From: Eledone cirrhosa
Lineage: Eukaryota
Reading direction: 5' to 3'
Assembly (NCBI GenBank): GCA_964016885.1
Contig: OZ024758.1
Span: 27,900,001-27,964,000 of the forward strand
Length of the DNA: 64,000 bases
In this document: positions 1-11,819 of the stretch, piece by piece
How positions within the stretch are numbered: the first letter of the stretch is position 1
How the letters are laid out: each line of letters begins with the position of its first letter
Position numbers and translations under genes: made by a program
The notes under the pieces: generated by a model
The model's input: the letters and a program-made list of their open reading frames with translations, nothing else
Told to the model about the DNA's origin: nothing
Databases searched by the model: none

Positions 1-291
1 CACACACACACACACACCGATAGCGACGTCATAATGTCGTAATGCAGACAGCCAGGTATAAGGGTGCAACGTTATATCTATGTATCTATCTAAAAAGAAA
101 GACTAAGAATTATAGAGAGAGATCGCTAAATCACCTAATGCGGTCCCTAGGGCATTGAAAATTTGAAATATTTTTTGCTCAAAACACTCACAGGACCATA
201 AGTATTACATGTGTAAAATTTGAAAACAATCAGTTGGGTGGTTCTCGAGTTTTAGGGAGACAGACAGACATTCTCTGTTTTAGATATATAG
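1..291 (-). mobile_element. Non-autonomous Helitron-like element, partial
   Basis: Shares cacctaatgcgg core and gacagacagacat...tatataga end with copies at 809-1714, 2630-3072 and 44401-45028. Confidence 0.55.
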
Positions 292-292
292 A

Positions 293-805
293 CTAGCAGA
301 AAACCTCCCACCGAGGGGTTTTCTGCTAGTCTATATATATATTACACACACAGAAATGTATATATATTTCTGTGTGTATATATATATATATATTACACAC
401 ACAGAAATGTATATATATTTCTGTGTGTATATATATATATATATATTACACACACAGAAATGTATATATATTTCTGTGTGTATATATATATATATATTAC
501 ACACACAGAAATGTATATATATTTCTGTGCGTATATATATATATATATATATTACACACACAGAAATGTATATATATTTCTGTGTGTGTATATATATATA
601 TATTACACACACACAGAAATGTATATGTTTCTGTAGCACTCCTCAATTCCCCCCCCCTCTCTCTCCCTCCCGCTATCCCCCTCTTGTAGTCTGTCTCTTT
701 CTTTCACTCTCTCTACGCGTGCGCAAAAAACATTCGTACGCGCGCACGTGTTTCCACTGTCGGACAGACAGACAGAGAAATTGCTGGTTATATATTATAA
801 GGAGA
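293..805 (-). mobile_element. Non-autonomous Helitron-like element with internal minisatellite
   Basis: CTAG-terminated hairpin ctagcagaaaacc...ggttttctgctag (293-329); other end gacagacag...ggagat; same hairpin at 45030. Confidence 0.55.
331..632. repeat. ~42-44 bp minisatellite with variable (TA)n, about 7 copies
   Basis: Unit tattacacacacagaaatgtatatatatttctgtgtg(ta)n; the unit is itself a hairpin. Confidence 0.9.
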
Positions 806-808
806 TTA

Positions 809-1714
809 CTAGCAATGGTACCCGACGTTGCACTGGATAAGGTATTTTGGAACGTGGGCCGCCAACAGACTTAATCGTGGAAAAACTGCATGCCTGGACA
901 ATATGTAAAGAAAATAAACCGAATACTCTGATGCAATTAGTATTAGATATGCTTCTCCTTCCACGTGGAGAAAATCGGCTGTCCGACAGCACATCGTGCC
1001 TTGCTTAAGCTTTGCAGACTTCCCTGATGACATCTATCCCTGTCAGTCATGCCAGTTTATAAAAGTGCAAAAGCGCCTAGCCCATTTCTCCATGTGGAAC
1101 GAGAAGCACACCTACTACTTATTGCACCTAGAGTGCTTGGTATACCTTCTGATATTGTCTAGGCATGCAGTTGTTCCACTATTAGGGTCTGTTGGCAAAC
1201 CCCCCCGAACCAAAGTACCCCATCCCGTCCAATACCGGGTACATTGCTACAGGCCCGCATCAGGTGAACAACCCGAAAACGTTTGCGTTTATTCGGGGAA
1301 TGTTCGCGCGGCCGCGACATTGGCACCCTAAACTCGCGCTGCGCTAATCCCCCTTTTGCACCTAAAATTATCAATGGCAACACGTTGACGCTTTCGCACT
1401 ACTACCGTCTCCCTTTATGTGCATAATATGCCTTGAAATTTCGGAGAAATCGGCTAGACGTAACGCCTCAAAAACGCCCTAAAAAGCTGGAAAAAAAATG
1501 AAGTTTTTCACCTAATGTAGGCGCTAGGCCATAAAGAAGTTAGATTTTCTTTGCTCACAGTATGAAGAAGAGATTGACTAATGCATAGTTACAATTTCAA
1601 GGAAATCGATCTGACGTAACGCCTCAAAAAACCCCTAAAAAGCTGAATTATCGCAGTTTTTCACCTAATGCGGGCCCCACACAGACAGACATCCTCAGTT
1701 TATATATAGAGAGA
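809..1714 (-). mobile_element. Non-autonomous Helitron (5' TC...3' CTAG, between A and T)
   Basis: On the - strand begins TC at 1714 and ends CTAG at 809 with a subterminal GC-rich motif; homologous to 44401-45028. Confidence 0.65.
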
Positions 1715-2629
1715 TTTTCTACAATACTAAGCAGTAAAATAGTAACTTTTGTTCTCGTAAAGGCTGCCTTGTAGTATGTTGATAGAAAGTATTTACTCAG
1801 TTGTATAAATAACATTAAAAAACATTTATAATTCTTACAAAATATAAAATTTACACAAATAAAATATACAATACTTTATTTCTTAAGTAATTCGCATAAA
1901 AATATAACATCAAAACGAAAAAAATAATGATATAAAAGGTTGTTGAGGCTTACAGCGACGGTTTTCTTTACCGGTTTTCATTTTTAGTGTTGTGTGAAAT
2001 ATGTAACCTGCAAACCGGATTTTTGAATCGCAGCAGGACCGACTTTATTTCACTCGCCCCACTAATGTACAATGTTAGGTAAGGAGGAAACATCACGTCC
2101 TATTTCTCACCCGCCCTTGAACAATGTACGCGAGGTCTATGTAAATTAGAAGGACAAATTTTAAAAAAGAAAATGGAAACGTCCTAACCGGGTGGGGAGA
2201 ATGGCGGAGGTGCAGTGAGAGCTTTAGGGGGGTAATTGGAACGCCCACCTTAGCCAAGCTGAGTATTGCCACAACCACGGCTGGCAAAGAAGTAACGGTC
2301 TGGTGGTACGCAAGTAAGCAACACTGTGAAAACTGAAGCTAATAGCAGCTAAATACATTTGCTTAAAACGTGAGGAAAAAGTTGTGTGCACTTACCAACT
2401 GTTTGGGGAATGAGTGTGAGATTTGCCTTGAGCAAGGGTGGCAGAGCAACCGGAGGCAGTGGGCCGTAAGTGGTAATTCTGCACGAAGGGGGAATTGTGG
2501 GAAGATGGTACCTGTCGCAAGTCCGTCCACGAATTGCGTCACGATTGGGCAGAAGACGCCAGTCCGAAGGTACGACGTAGGCAATTGTATGAAGTTCGAG
2601 CGGGGGCGGGGTGATGTTTAAGTAGGCTT

Positions 2630-3072
2630 TTTTGGGGCGATTCCAAAAAATGAATTTTTTTTATGTGCATAATATGCCTTGAAATTTCGGGTAAAATCGG
2701 CTAGACGTAACGCCTCAAAAGCCCTAAAAAACTGAAGAAAAAAAAAGAAATTTTTCACCTAATGCGGGCCCTAGGCCATAAAAAAGTTGGATTTTCTTTG
2801 CTCACGGTATGAAGAAGAGACTGACTAATACATAGTTACAAATTCAAGGAAATCGGTCTGACGCAACGCCCCCAAAAATCCCTAAAAAGCTGAAAAAAAA
2901 AACGCAGTTTTTCACCTAATGCGGGCCCTAGGGGATCAAAAAGTTTAATTTTTCATGTGCATAACACTCCCTAAAACATAAGTAATACACATGTAAAGTT
3001 TGAAAAAAAATCGGTTGGGTACTTCGAGTTTTAGGGATTCAAACTCAGATATCCTCAGTTTTATATATAGAG
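2630..3072 (-). mobile_element. Helitron-like fragment, same family
   Basis: Near copy of 1416-1710 and 44610-45025 with repeated cacctaatgcgggccctag subunits. Confidence 0.6.
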
Positions 3073-3092
3073 ATTTAATAGTTTTCATAAAG

Positions 3093-3488
3093 CTCAGTCC
3101 TATTTTAGGGTTACATTAAAGTGAAATTGAAATTTCCAAACGCAAAATCGAAAACTGAAATGTAAACAACGAAACGTTCTTATTTTCAGTTTCTGGTAAA
3201 AAGAACAAAATGTGCTTATTTTGTGCATATACGCTGCCATAAGATCACAGGCGTGTTGATTTTCTATTTGAGAACATATGATACCAGCAAAAATGAAATA
3301 ACGAAATGTGAATATGATTTCCATTGCATCTAACGGTTTCCTTTAACTATAATATTCGCAATTACTAAAGATATTCCAAGGCATTTAACTGTTTGTTTTT
3401 CTCAGAGCATATATTTCGTTCCGTCATTTTTAATTTTCTGTCTGGAAATTTCATTCTCACTTTAATGAAACCCTAAAATAGGACTAAG
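3093..3488. mobile_element. MITE with ~45 bp terminal inverted repeats
   Basis: ctcagtcctattttagggttacattaaagtga... / ...tcactttaatgaaaccctaaaataggactaag. Confidence 0.7.
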
Positions 3489-5029
3489 ACCATCCATCAT
3501 TCAGTAGCTTTAAAAAAATGGGTTGACGTTCTGTATTTTGAATAGTCAAAAAGAATTACATTTTGATCGGATACTAACAATTGCTTGGTAGAAGGCGAGG
3601 AAAGAGGAAATATTTTAGTGGGCCGATAATTGGATCGGTGGAATTTCGGAATAAAATGGGAAGGTGGTGGAAGTAGGTGGTAGAGAAAAATAAATAAATC
3701 TCCCTATGTAAAATGTAAAATACTGAAAAAATATTAGAAGATAAAATTATGACCATTTAGGCGGGATGTTTATTTCAAAACTCCGTCGTTGGAATTTTGT
3801 GGTCCGCAGTGTTGACGATGGAATAGTTAAAAATAAAATAAAAAAAGACATTAACACAACAGAACAAATTATAAACCCATGTACACACTAAAACACATTA
3901 GATTTTTATATAGAATCATTTTTTTTTTCAAACTCAGAGTATCTAAGATTACATAGTGTTTTTTTTTTTTAAGACGAGAAGATGATGTGAGGGGGTTTGG
4001 CTGTTTTTTTTTTCACCTCGCGTGGAGGGTTCCTCATTGATTCACCCAAATACGATTTCGATATCATAGCAACCTACGTTCTCCTAGTATTTAAATGAAA
4101 ATATATTTGATAACATATGTGTGTCCCAAAAAAATTGTATACACACTTCAACAGCCTTCTAATAAATATTGATGTACAGATAATTAAAGTGTGTATACAT
4201 TTTTGGGGGCCATTTTTGGGAATTCGGCTGCTATTTCTAGCATGACGAGCGACCACGTAAATATTCCCTCGGATATACACGCATATCCCGTTTTTATTAT
4301 TGGAGAAATTAAATCAATGTTAGGAAATTTAGTTTCAAGTACAAAACAATTTATCTATTTCGTAAAATGTCTCCCTCGTTACAATTGCTACAATTTGGAT
4401 TGTGTGGATGTTTGTTTACAAAGTCGCCAAATAACAAGACAAGTGTATCGTGCAAGTAAAAAAAAAAAGAAAATGAAAGGATTGGTAAAGATTTCTAAAT
4501 GAAACAATGTGAAATATATGATGTAAATGTTATATTTGAGAAATATAAGACATTATTTATCTATTATTTCAATTATTATTAAAAGACAGAGAGAGACAAG
4601 CCACGAATTCTTCTAAAATTCTCAAGAATTTTAATGCACATCAAGGTAAAACAGAAAAACAGATCAGATATTGAATAAATTTGAAACAGAAAAAACATCG
4701 ATATATAAAGCAAATAATAAATTATATGTAAACATTTTAAATGCAACATTAACCTTGGTATAAATCTCTGGGATAAAGGAAAACAAGCTGGAGGTACTCT
4801 ATCGATGAACAAAAGTATAGCGATGAAAGTAGTTATTTTCGTTGTAGAAGAGAAGCTTACCTGTATTGGTATTAGATATACGTGATGTGATAAGGTAATC
4901 CAGGAATAGATATTTTCGGCGGTTTCTTACAAGAAAAAGTTCACACGTACTGCCCTCTACTCAAGATAATTCAAGTGCGAGCACTCCAATTGGATTTTAT
5001 TTACCAGGCACTCTATACCATCCATTATA

Positions 5030-5400
5030 TTGGCAGTATCGGTAGAGGGTCGGACGCCATGCTTTGATGCATAGAGTTACGGCCCTTGCCATTCTGAGTT
5101 CAAATCCCGCCAAGGTTAACTTTGCCTTTCATCCTTACGGAGTCGATAAAATAAAGTACCAGTAATGCACTGGGGTAATTTCTGGCCTTGTGCCCAAAGT
5201 AGAAACAATTATATATATAGGGCGGTGGATTGGCAGTATCGGTAGATACTTTGACGCATAGAGTTACGGCCCTTGCCATTCTGAGTTCAAATCCCGCCGA
5301 GGTTAATTAACTTTGCCTTTCATCCTTATGGGGTCGATAAAATAAAGTACCAGTAATGTACTGGTTTATTGCTGGCCTTGTGCCAAAAGTAGAAACAATT
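5030..5400 (+). mobile_element. Two tandem tRNA-derived SINEs (family A, octopus-type)
   Basis: ttggcagtatcggtagag...gagttcaaatcccgcc (B box)...gataaaataaagtaccag. Other copies near 6352, 7376, 8030-8420, 8895(-), 11330, 21455(-), 28686, 30165, 31335, 35435-35990 and 36885. Confidence 0.85.
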
Positions 5401-5777
5401 ATATATAGTATGCAAAGAGAAATTTCCTTGTGTCTATTACTGAATATAACTAACAGTTAAATAAATAGTTATCAAAGATAAGATATAAAATTAATTTCAT
5501 ATTAATTACACGAAATTTTATATTATTTGCAAATTGCGTTAGAATTTAAATAAAAAATTATAAAATAATACAATTTCTTAAATAATCTGAAATTTGATGT
5601 TGATAAAAAAAGATTATTTCCTTTGAAATAATAACACTTCTGTTATTTGAGTATTTGTGATACAAAGTCCTCAATGTTTGGAAGTTTCGTTAATAGAATT
5701 GACACAATAGTATAATTGTCAGAATTTGGCTTGGATAACGGATATAAATCTTCCTTTGTGGATCCAACAAGTTATCT

Positions 5778-6323
5778 TTCGAGACGTTTAGGGGAGTCGG
5801 GCCGCTGACTGCGAGGGTCCTTTACTCACTGGCGGCTCGCATAATAGAGGTAACTGGCGAATCTAGCGAGGGCGCTTGGCTGTTTCAGCGCATCAGCCTC
5901 GCCATCACCCGAGGCAACGCTGCCAGTGTGCTGGCTTGCCTCAAAAATCATTAGAGAGGTTGCCCAGTACTCCTCGCAACGTTGCTGTCTTTTGCTCTGG
6001 TGTTGGCTCGGTTGTTCATCCCTTCCATTACATTTTCTTTAATATTGTAACATTAAAAGAATATATCTTTGTGAAAGAATCGCGAGCAATTTATAATGTT
6101 GTCTAAGCATTCGTAATGTTATTTATGTATATATTTAAAACATATTTGTTATGTTATTCTACTGTAAATTTATTTATATGCTCTCTGTTTATATTTTCAT
6201 TCTGAAAGAATTGCAAACGATTTGTAATGTATTTATGAAATAAAATTTATCAGTAAAAAGACTGAGTAGAAGTTGAGCGAAAATCTCCTAAAATATATCA
6301 ATAAATAATATGTATGGCGTCAG
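5778..6323 (+). mobile_element. 5'-truncated CRE-clade-like non-LTR retrotransposon with 11-bp TSD
   Basis: 5778-5954 reads FETFRGVGPLTARVLYSLAARIIEVTGESSEGAWLFQRISLAITRGNAASVLACLKNH*; flanked by acaagttatct at 5767-5777 and 6324-6334. Confidence 0.7.
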
Positions 6324-6584
6324 ACAAGTTATCTATAGTATTTCCATTAAGTGACGCATAGAGTTACTGCCCTTGCCATTCTGAGTTCAAATCCCTCCGA
6401 GGTTAACTTTGCCTTTCATCCTTACGGGGTCGATAAAATAAAGTACCAGTAATACACTGGGTTAATTGCTGGCTTTGTGCCTAAAGTAGAAACAATTATT
6501 AAGTGCTGTCATTGCTTGTTCAGAATCTACTTATTTTATATATGGTCAAATCGAAAGATCAACTCGTGGTGTGAGTATAATATA

Positions 6585-7010
6585 ATAATGAAATTATTGT
6601 GTAAAGTGCTCAGGTGCACTACAACTCGTCAATATAGTACATAGAATAATACACAAATGTCAGGGAAGTACATGTGTGTATGTGTTAGCTGTTCTGTTGG
6701 CGGATCTCGGGAAGCATGGAGGCCTTAAAGGATGCAGTGTCTCGACAGCTAACAACTGATGCAGGTAGTTTGTTCCATGCTTAAGCAACTCTGAGCGTGA
6801 AAAAATGTTTCCGAAAGTCATGGGAACTGTGCTGTTTTCTTACTTTGTGGGCATGCCCACGTGTGTTAGACACATGGAAATCGAAAAGGCACTCAGGGTT
6901 GTTGTTGGCAACATGGTTAACAATTTTGTGGGTGTTTACCAAGTCAGTTGCCAGGCGTCGGAGCTTCAATGAATCCATGCCCATGTCATGCCTAGATATG
7001 GGGTAGCTGT
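6585..7010 (-). mobile_element. CR1-like LINE 3' fragment
   Basis: ORF 6781..6984 has the TRGH..K..KQ...FRKHFFTLRV C-terminal motif of CR1 ORF2; same tail at 27330-27530 and 63950-64000. Confidence 0.75.
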
Positions 7011-9128
7011 TGCAACGGGTGTCGCTGGCCCTTGACCGTGGGGTGCAGCCCCTCTACCGCTGCGCCCTAGGTTCAGAGCCCAATCCTCCTCCCCCTTCTG
7101 TGACACTAGATTTCTTACCATTCCTTCCCCTTCCGTTTTTTTCTTTCTTTTTCCTCTACATTTTCCTATTTTACATTCCATTCTTCGGAACCGAAGTTTT
7201 CCTTTTTCTATTAAACTATATTTACATGATATATTCCATAAATAAAATTAATTGATGAAGGAAAGTTACTCGGTGAGAGAAGCAAAGATTCACAGCCAAA
7301 ATGCTGGCTTGACAATGTTAGCTTTTGGACTGGACTGGACTTGGCCTTTGCTCTTTAAACCGGACAATATGCTTCTAAGTTCGAATTCCGCCGAGGTTAA
7401 CTTTGCCTTTCATCCTTACGGGGTCGATAAAATAAAATACTAGTAATGCACATTGGTCAATTAATCGACTTTTATTACTCAAGTAACTAACTCGTTAATG
7501 GGTTAGTTCAACAATTAAACAGCTATTTACCTAATTTTCAAAGCTCTTTTCTGACCTTCTCAATGACGTCCCACTCCCTACGTCTTCTCTTCGTCTTTAC
7601 TTCGCCCCTACTCGGGATACTTCATCTTTTTAATGAATGGATTAGCGACCTAATAACAAAGCAGAAGTGAAACTCAATTGGTGGGCGTACTTCTGTTGGC
7701 AGAATGATACCGTCATACCCAAACTATAACAAATACTAACAGTTGGTTTATTTCTATTGGTAATTAATACGGTGACATTTTCAATGGTTAAGATGTACAA
7801 ATTCAATGGTAGAATTGTAAAACCGATAGAATTGAAACAACAACACAAATAAAACAACTATATCATAATATTTATTCTATCTTATTAACGTTGTATATTC
7901 CTAATGAAGATTTTCCAGCCATTTAGTGATCGAACTTTGTGGAGAATAATATCTCATGCTAATACGCAGTCTGCAACAGGCGGAACGAGCGTCGAAAGAA
8001 CTAAGCTTTAAAATACAAACAATGGACATATGTTCTTGGCAGTATTGGTAGAGCGTCGGACACCATGCTTTGCCACATAGAGTTATGTCCCTTTGCGTTC
8101 TGAGTTCAAATCCCGCCAAGGTTAGCTTTGCCTTTCATCCTTAAGGGGTCGATAAAATAAATTACTAATAACGCAATGGGGTTGCTTTAATCGCTTTTCC
8201 CCTCCCCTTCAAATCGCTGGCTTTGTGACTAAAGTAGAAAATAGTATTGGTAGAGCGGCAGACACCATACTTTGCGGCATAGAGTTATGTCCCTTTACAT
8301 TCCGGGTTCAAATCCCACTGAGGTTAGCTTTGCCTTTCATCAGTACTAATAATGCACTGAGGTCAATTTAATCGACTTTCCTCTCTAGCCCTTAATCGTT
8401 AACCTTGTGCCTAAATCAGAAACTATATGTTCTGTGCAGACCTGCCAACCTCTAAAAACCCAAAAGGGGAGTACCATGAAAAAAAGTCCCCCAACACGAG
8501 GAAAAATTAGGCAAAATAGGGAGATTTTACATGATGAAAGCTATAGCCATTTTCACAAGAGAAAACACCTCTCACTTCAAGTGGATGGGATCTCTCCTCG
8601 TCTGACGGGGAGATTTGACAGGTCTATCTGTGTTACATTTGGGTGAAATTTACTATCATAGCCATATACATCATGTTCAAAAGCTAAAGTTCAAATTTGG
8701 TAGAATCATCTTACTCATAACTATATAGCATGGTCCCATAATTCCCGAGGGAGTTGTAAAGGCGCTGTTTTGACATATGGAGTTTCTAGAACATTTTAAA
8801 AACCTGGCAGAGCTTATCTCCTCTCCAGGTATGAATACAGCAGATTTCTTCCAGAGAAGGAGAGAGAGAGAAGAAGAGAGAGAGAAGAAGAATCAACCTC
8901 AGTACTTGACTGGTACTCTTTTTATCGACCTCGACTGGATGAAAGGCAAAGTTGACCTCTGCAGGATTTGGACTCAGAGGGCAGAAAGCTGAAACAAATG
9001 CTGCAAAACATTCTATTCGACGTTCTAACGACTCAGCCAATTTGCCACCACCCATACAATATTAGGGATATAAATTTTAAAAGTGCAAAAAAACATACAC
9101 ATATAACAGAAGGCAAGATTTAAAACAT

Positions 9129-10110
9129 TTAACCCTTTAATGTTCAAACCAGCCAAAACCGGCTAGAATTCTCTACCTCTTTCTCTTCAAACCAGCTGTA
9201 ACCGGTCGCTCAAACTGATGTTAAGGTATTGTTCTCAAAATAAATACTTTCAAAATCTCATATATTTGATATCATGAAAATATAATAGTATATATAGAGT
9301 AATGTAAATGTTATGTGAGATATTATGTGAGGTAAAGCCTTTACTGTGAAAATACAATAGTATATATATAGAGTAATGTGAATGTTATGTGAGGTAAAGC
9401 CTTTACCATGAAAATATAATAGTGTATATAGAGTAATGTAAATGTTATATGAGATATTATGTGAGGTAAAGCCTTTACCATGAAAATATAATAGTGTATA
9501 TAGAGTAATGTAAATGTTATATGAGATATTATGTGAGGTAAAGCCTTTACCATGAAAATATAATAGTATATATAGAGTAATGTGAATGTTATGTGAGATA
9601 ATTATGTGAGGTAAAGCCTTTACCATGAAAATATAATAGTGTATATAGAGTAATGTAAATGTTATATGAGATATTATGTGAGGTAAAGCCTTTACCATGA
9701 AAATACAATAGTGTATATAGAGTAATGTGAATGTTATGTGAGATAATTATGTGAGGTAAAGCCTTTACCATGAAAATATAATAGTATATATAGAGTAATG
9801 TGAATGTTATGTGAGATAATTATGTGAGGTAAAGCCTTTACCATGAAAATATAATAGTGTATATAGAGTAATGTGAATGTTATGTGAGATAATTATGTGA
9901 GGTAAAGCCTTTACCATGAAAATATAATAGTGTATATAGAGTAATGTGAATGTTATGTGAGATAATTATGTGAGGTAAAGCCTTTACCATGAAAATATAA
10001 TAGTATATATAGAGTAATGTGAATGTTATGTGAGATAATTATGTGAGGTAAAGCCTTTACCATGAAAATATAATAGTGTATATAGAGTAATGTGAATGCT
10101 AAAGGGTTAA
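9129..10110. mobile_element. TTAA (piggyBac-type) MITE with internal ~68-71 bp tandem expansion
   Basis: ttaa|ccctttaa ... taaaggg|ttaa; about 12 tandem copies of one internal segment at 9270-10100. Confidence 0.85.
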
Positions 10111-10779
10111 ATAGCTTAATCAGGACAATATTAATGACAAAAACATGGGTCAAATAAATCATCTATATATAAATTGAGTGACTTCCATCCGTCTGTTTGC
10201 CACACAATGTGTGTGTTAAAGGAAGGAAGGGGATGGTGGAAAAACTATAGCAAAACAGCAGCTGGTGTTCCATTTGCTACACTGTGTGTGATTGTATGTG
10301 TATGTGTGTGTTTGTACAAATGTATGTGTATGTGTGTTTGTGTGAATGTATATCTGAGTGTGTATTTCTGTAAGTGTGTCTGTGTTTGCATGTTTATATT
10401 TATATACTCATACATATAAATGTATGCACATGCACATACATGTGAGCATATTGAAAAAAATCCTAGTATACTTAAATTATACCGAACATGGAATTTTACT
10501 GATTTTGTATGCAATCTATAGTGAGGGTGCTTGGCTGTTCCTGCACCTCAGCCTCGCTATTTCCCTTGGTAATGACATGAATGTTCAGGCATGCCTCAAA
10601 ATATTCCATGCTTAGACCAGTCTTTACCAACACAGTCTCCATCCATTTGTTATGTTCTTTCATCTCCGTGTGAGATCCAGTATTTTGAGATTAGTTCTAA
10701 CCTCTTCTATCCAAGTCCTCTCCCACCTCTCTGATATCTTAGTACTTCTTTATCCAACATTTATTATCCATATGCCTGT

Positions 10780-11235
10780 GTGAGATGCGTGATGCTCCAT
10801 GGCAGTGAGACATGGGCAGCAACTGCGGAGGATATGCGACAGCTGGAGAGAAATGAAGCAAGCATGCTCTGTTGGATGTGCAATGTCAATGTGCGTGAAC
10901 AACCAAGCATAGATGAGTTGAGAGAGAAACTCTTTAAGAGGAATAAACTGTAGTGTGCAGGAGAGAAGACTGCGTTGGTATGGACATGTGATGTGATGTG
11001 CATGGGGGATGACCACTGGGTAAAGATGTGTTAAGAAATCCCAGTGGAAGGAAGATGCAGTAGAGGAAGACCATGAAAATGATGGGCAGAGGTGGTGAGA
11101 GGTGATCTCAGATTGTTGAAGCTCTCAGAGGAGATGATGAAGGATCGTGACGAATGGAGAGATGTTGTGCTGAATAGGACCCTTCCCACCCTTGCAAGCA
11201 GGGAAAAGGGGACGTAAAGATAATGATGATGATGC
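10780..11235 (+). mobile_element. RTE-type LINE 3' fragment with (GAT)n tail
   Basis: RRLRWYGHV and GR..RGRP motifs; homologous to 62660-63015; antisense pieces of related sequence lie on both sides. Confidence 0.75.
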
Positions 11236-11819
11236 ATCTCATGTCTATACCAGCACAATCTTCTCTTTTGCACACAACTAATTCCTCTTATGCTTGATAT
11301 TTTTCTCAGTTCATTATTTGCAGTGGATTTTCAGTATAGGTAGAGCGCGTCAGACACCATGCTTTACGGCATAAAGTTATGGCCCTTTATGTTCTGAGTT
11401 CAAATCCCACCGAGGTTAGCTTTGCCTTACATCCTTATGAGGGTCGATGAAATATAGTACCAGAAATGCACTGGAGTAATTGCTGGCCTGTGCCAAAAGT
11501 AGAAACAATTATTTGCCATTCTTGCACACTACATATCCATTGGAACATGCTTGACTTCACATATTCTCTACATTCACTCCCCATGTCTCACTACCATGCA
11601 GCATCACACTTGACATACATGCATCAAGCAGCCTGCATTTTTGCTTATAGAGAAAACCTATCTGTTGTCAACAGAGGTAACAGCTTTGTACTGTTCTTAT
11701 TCTAGCTCAGGGGTTCCCAACATTTTGTGCACCATGCCCCACCTCAACATTTAAAAAAAATGTTATCCCCCACTCTTTCATATGAAATGATCAATTGCAA
11801 AGAGTAAACAAATTGGTAT

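Noticed and set aside
331-874. YI/HT-rich ORFs
   Set aside because: Microsatellite translations
1024-1070. CTGATGA as a hammerhead core (also 22446-22452 on -)
   Set aside because: No properly placed stem II plus GAAA and no stem I
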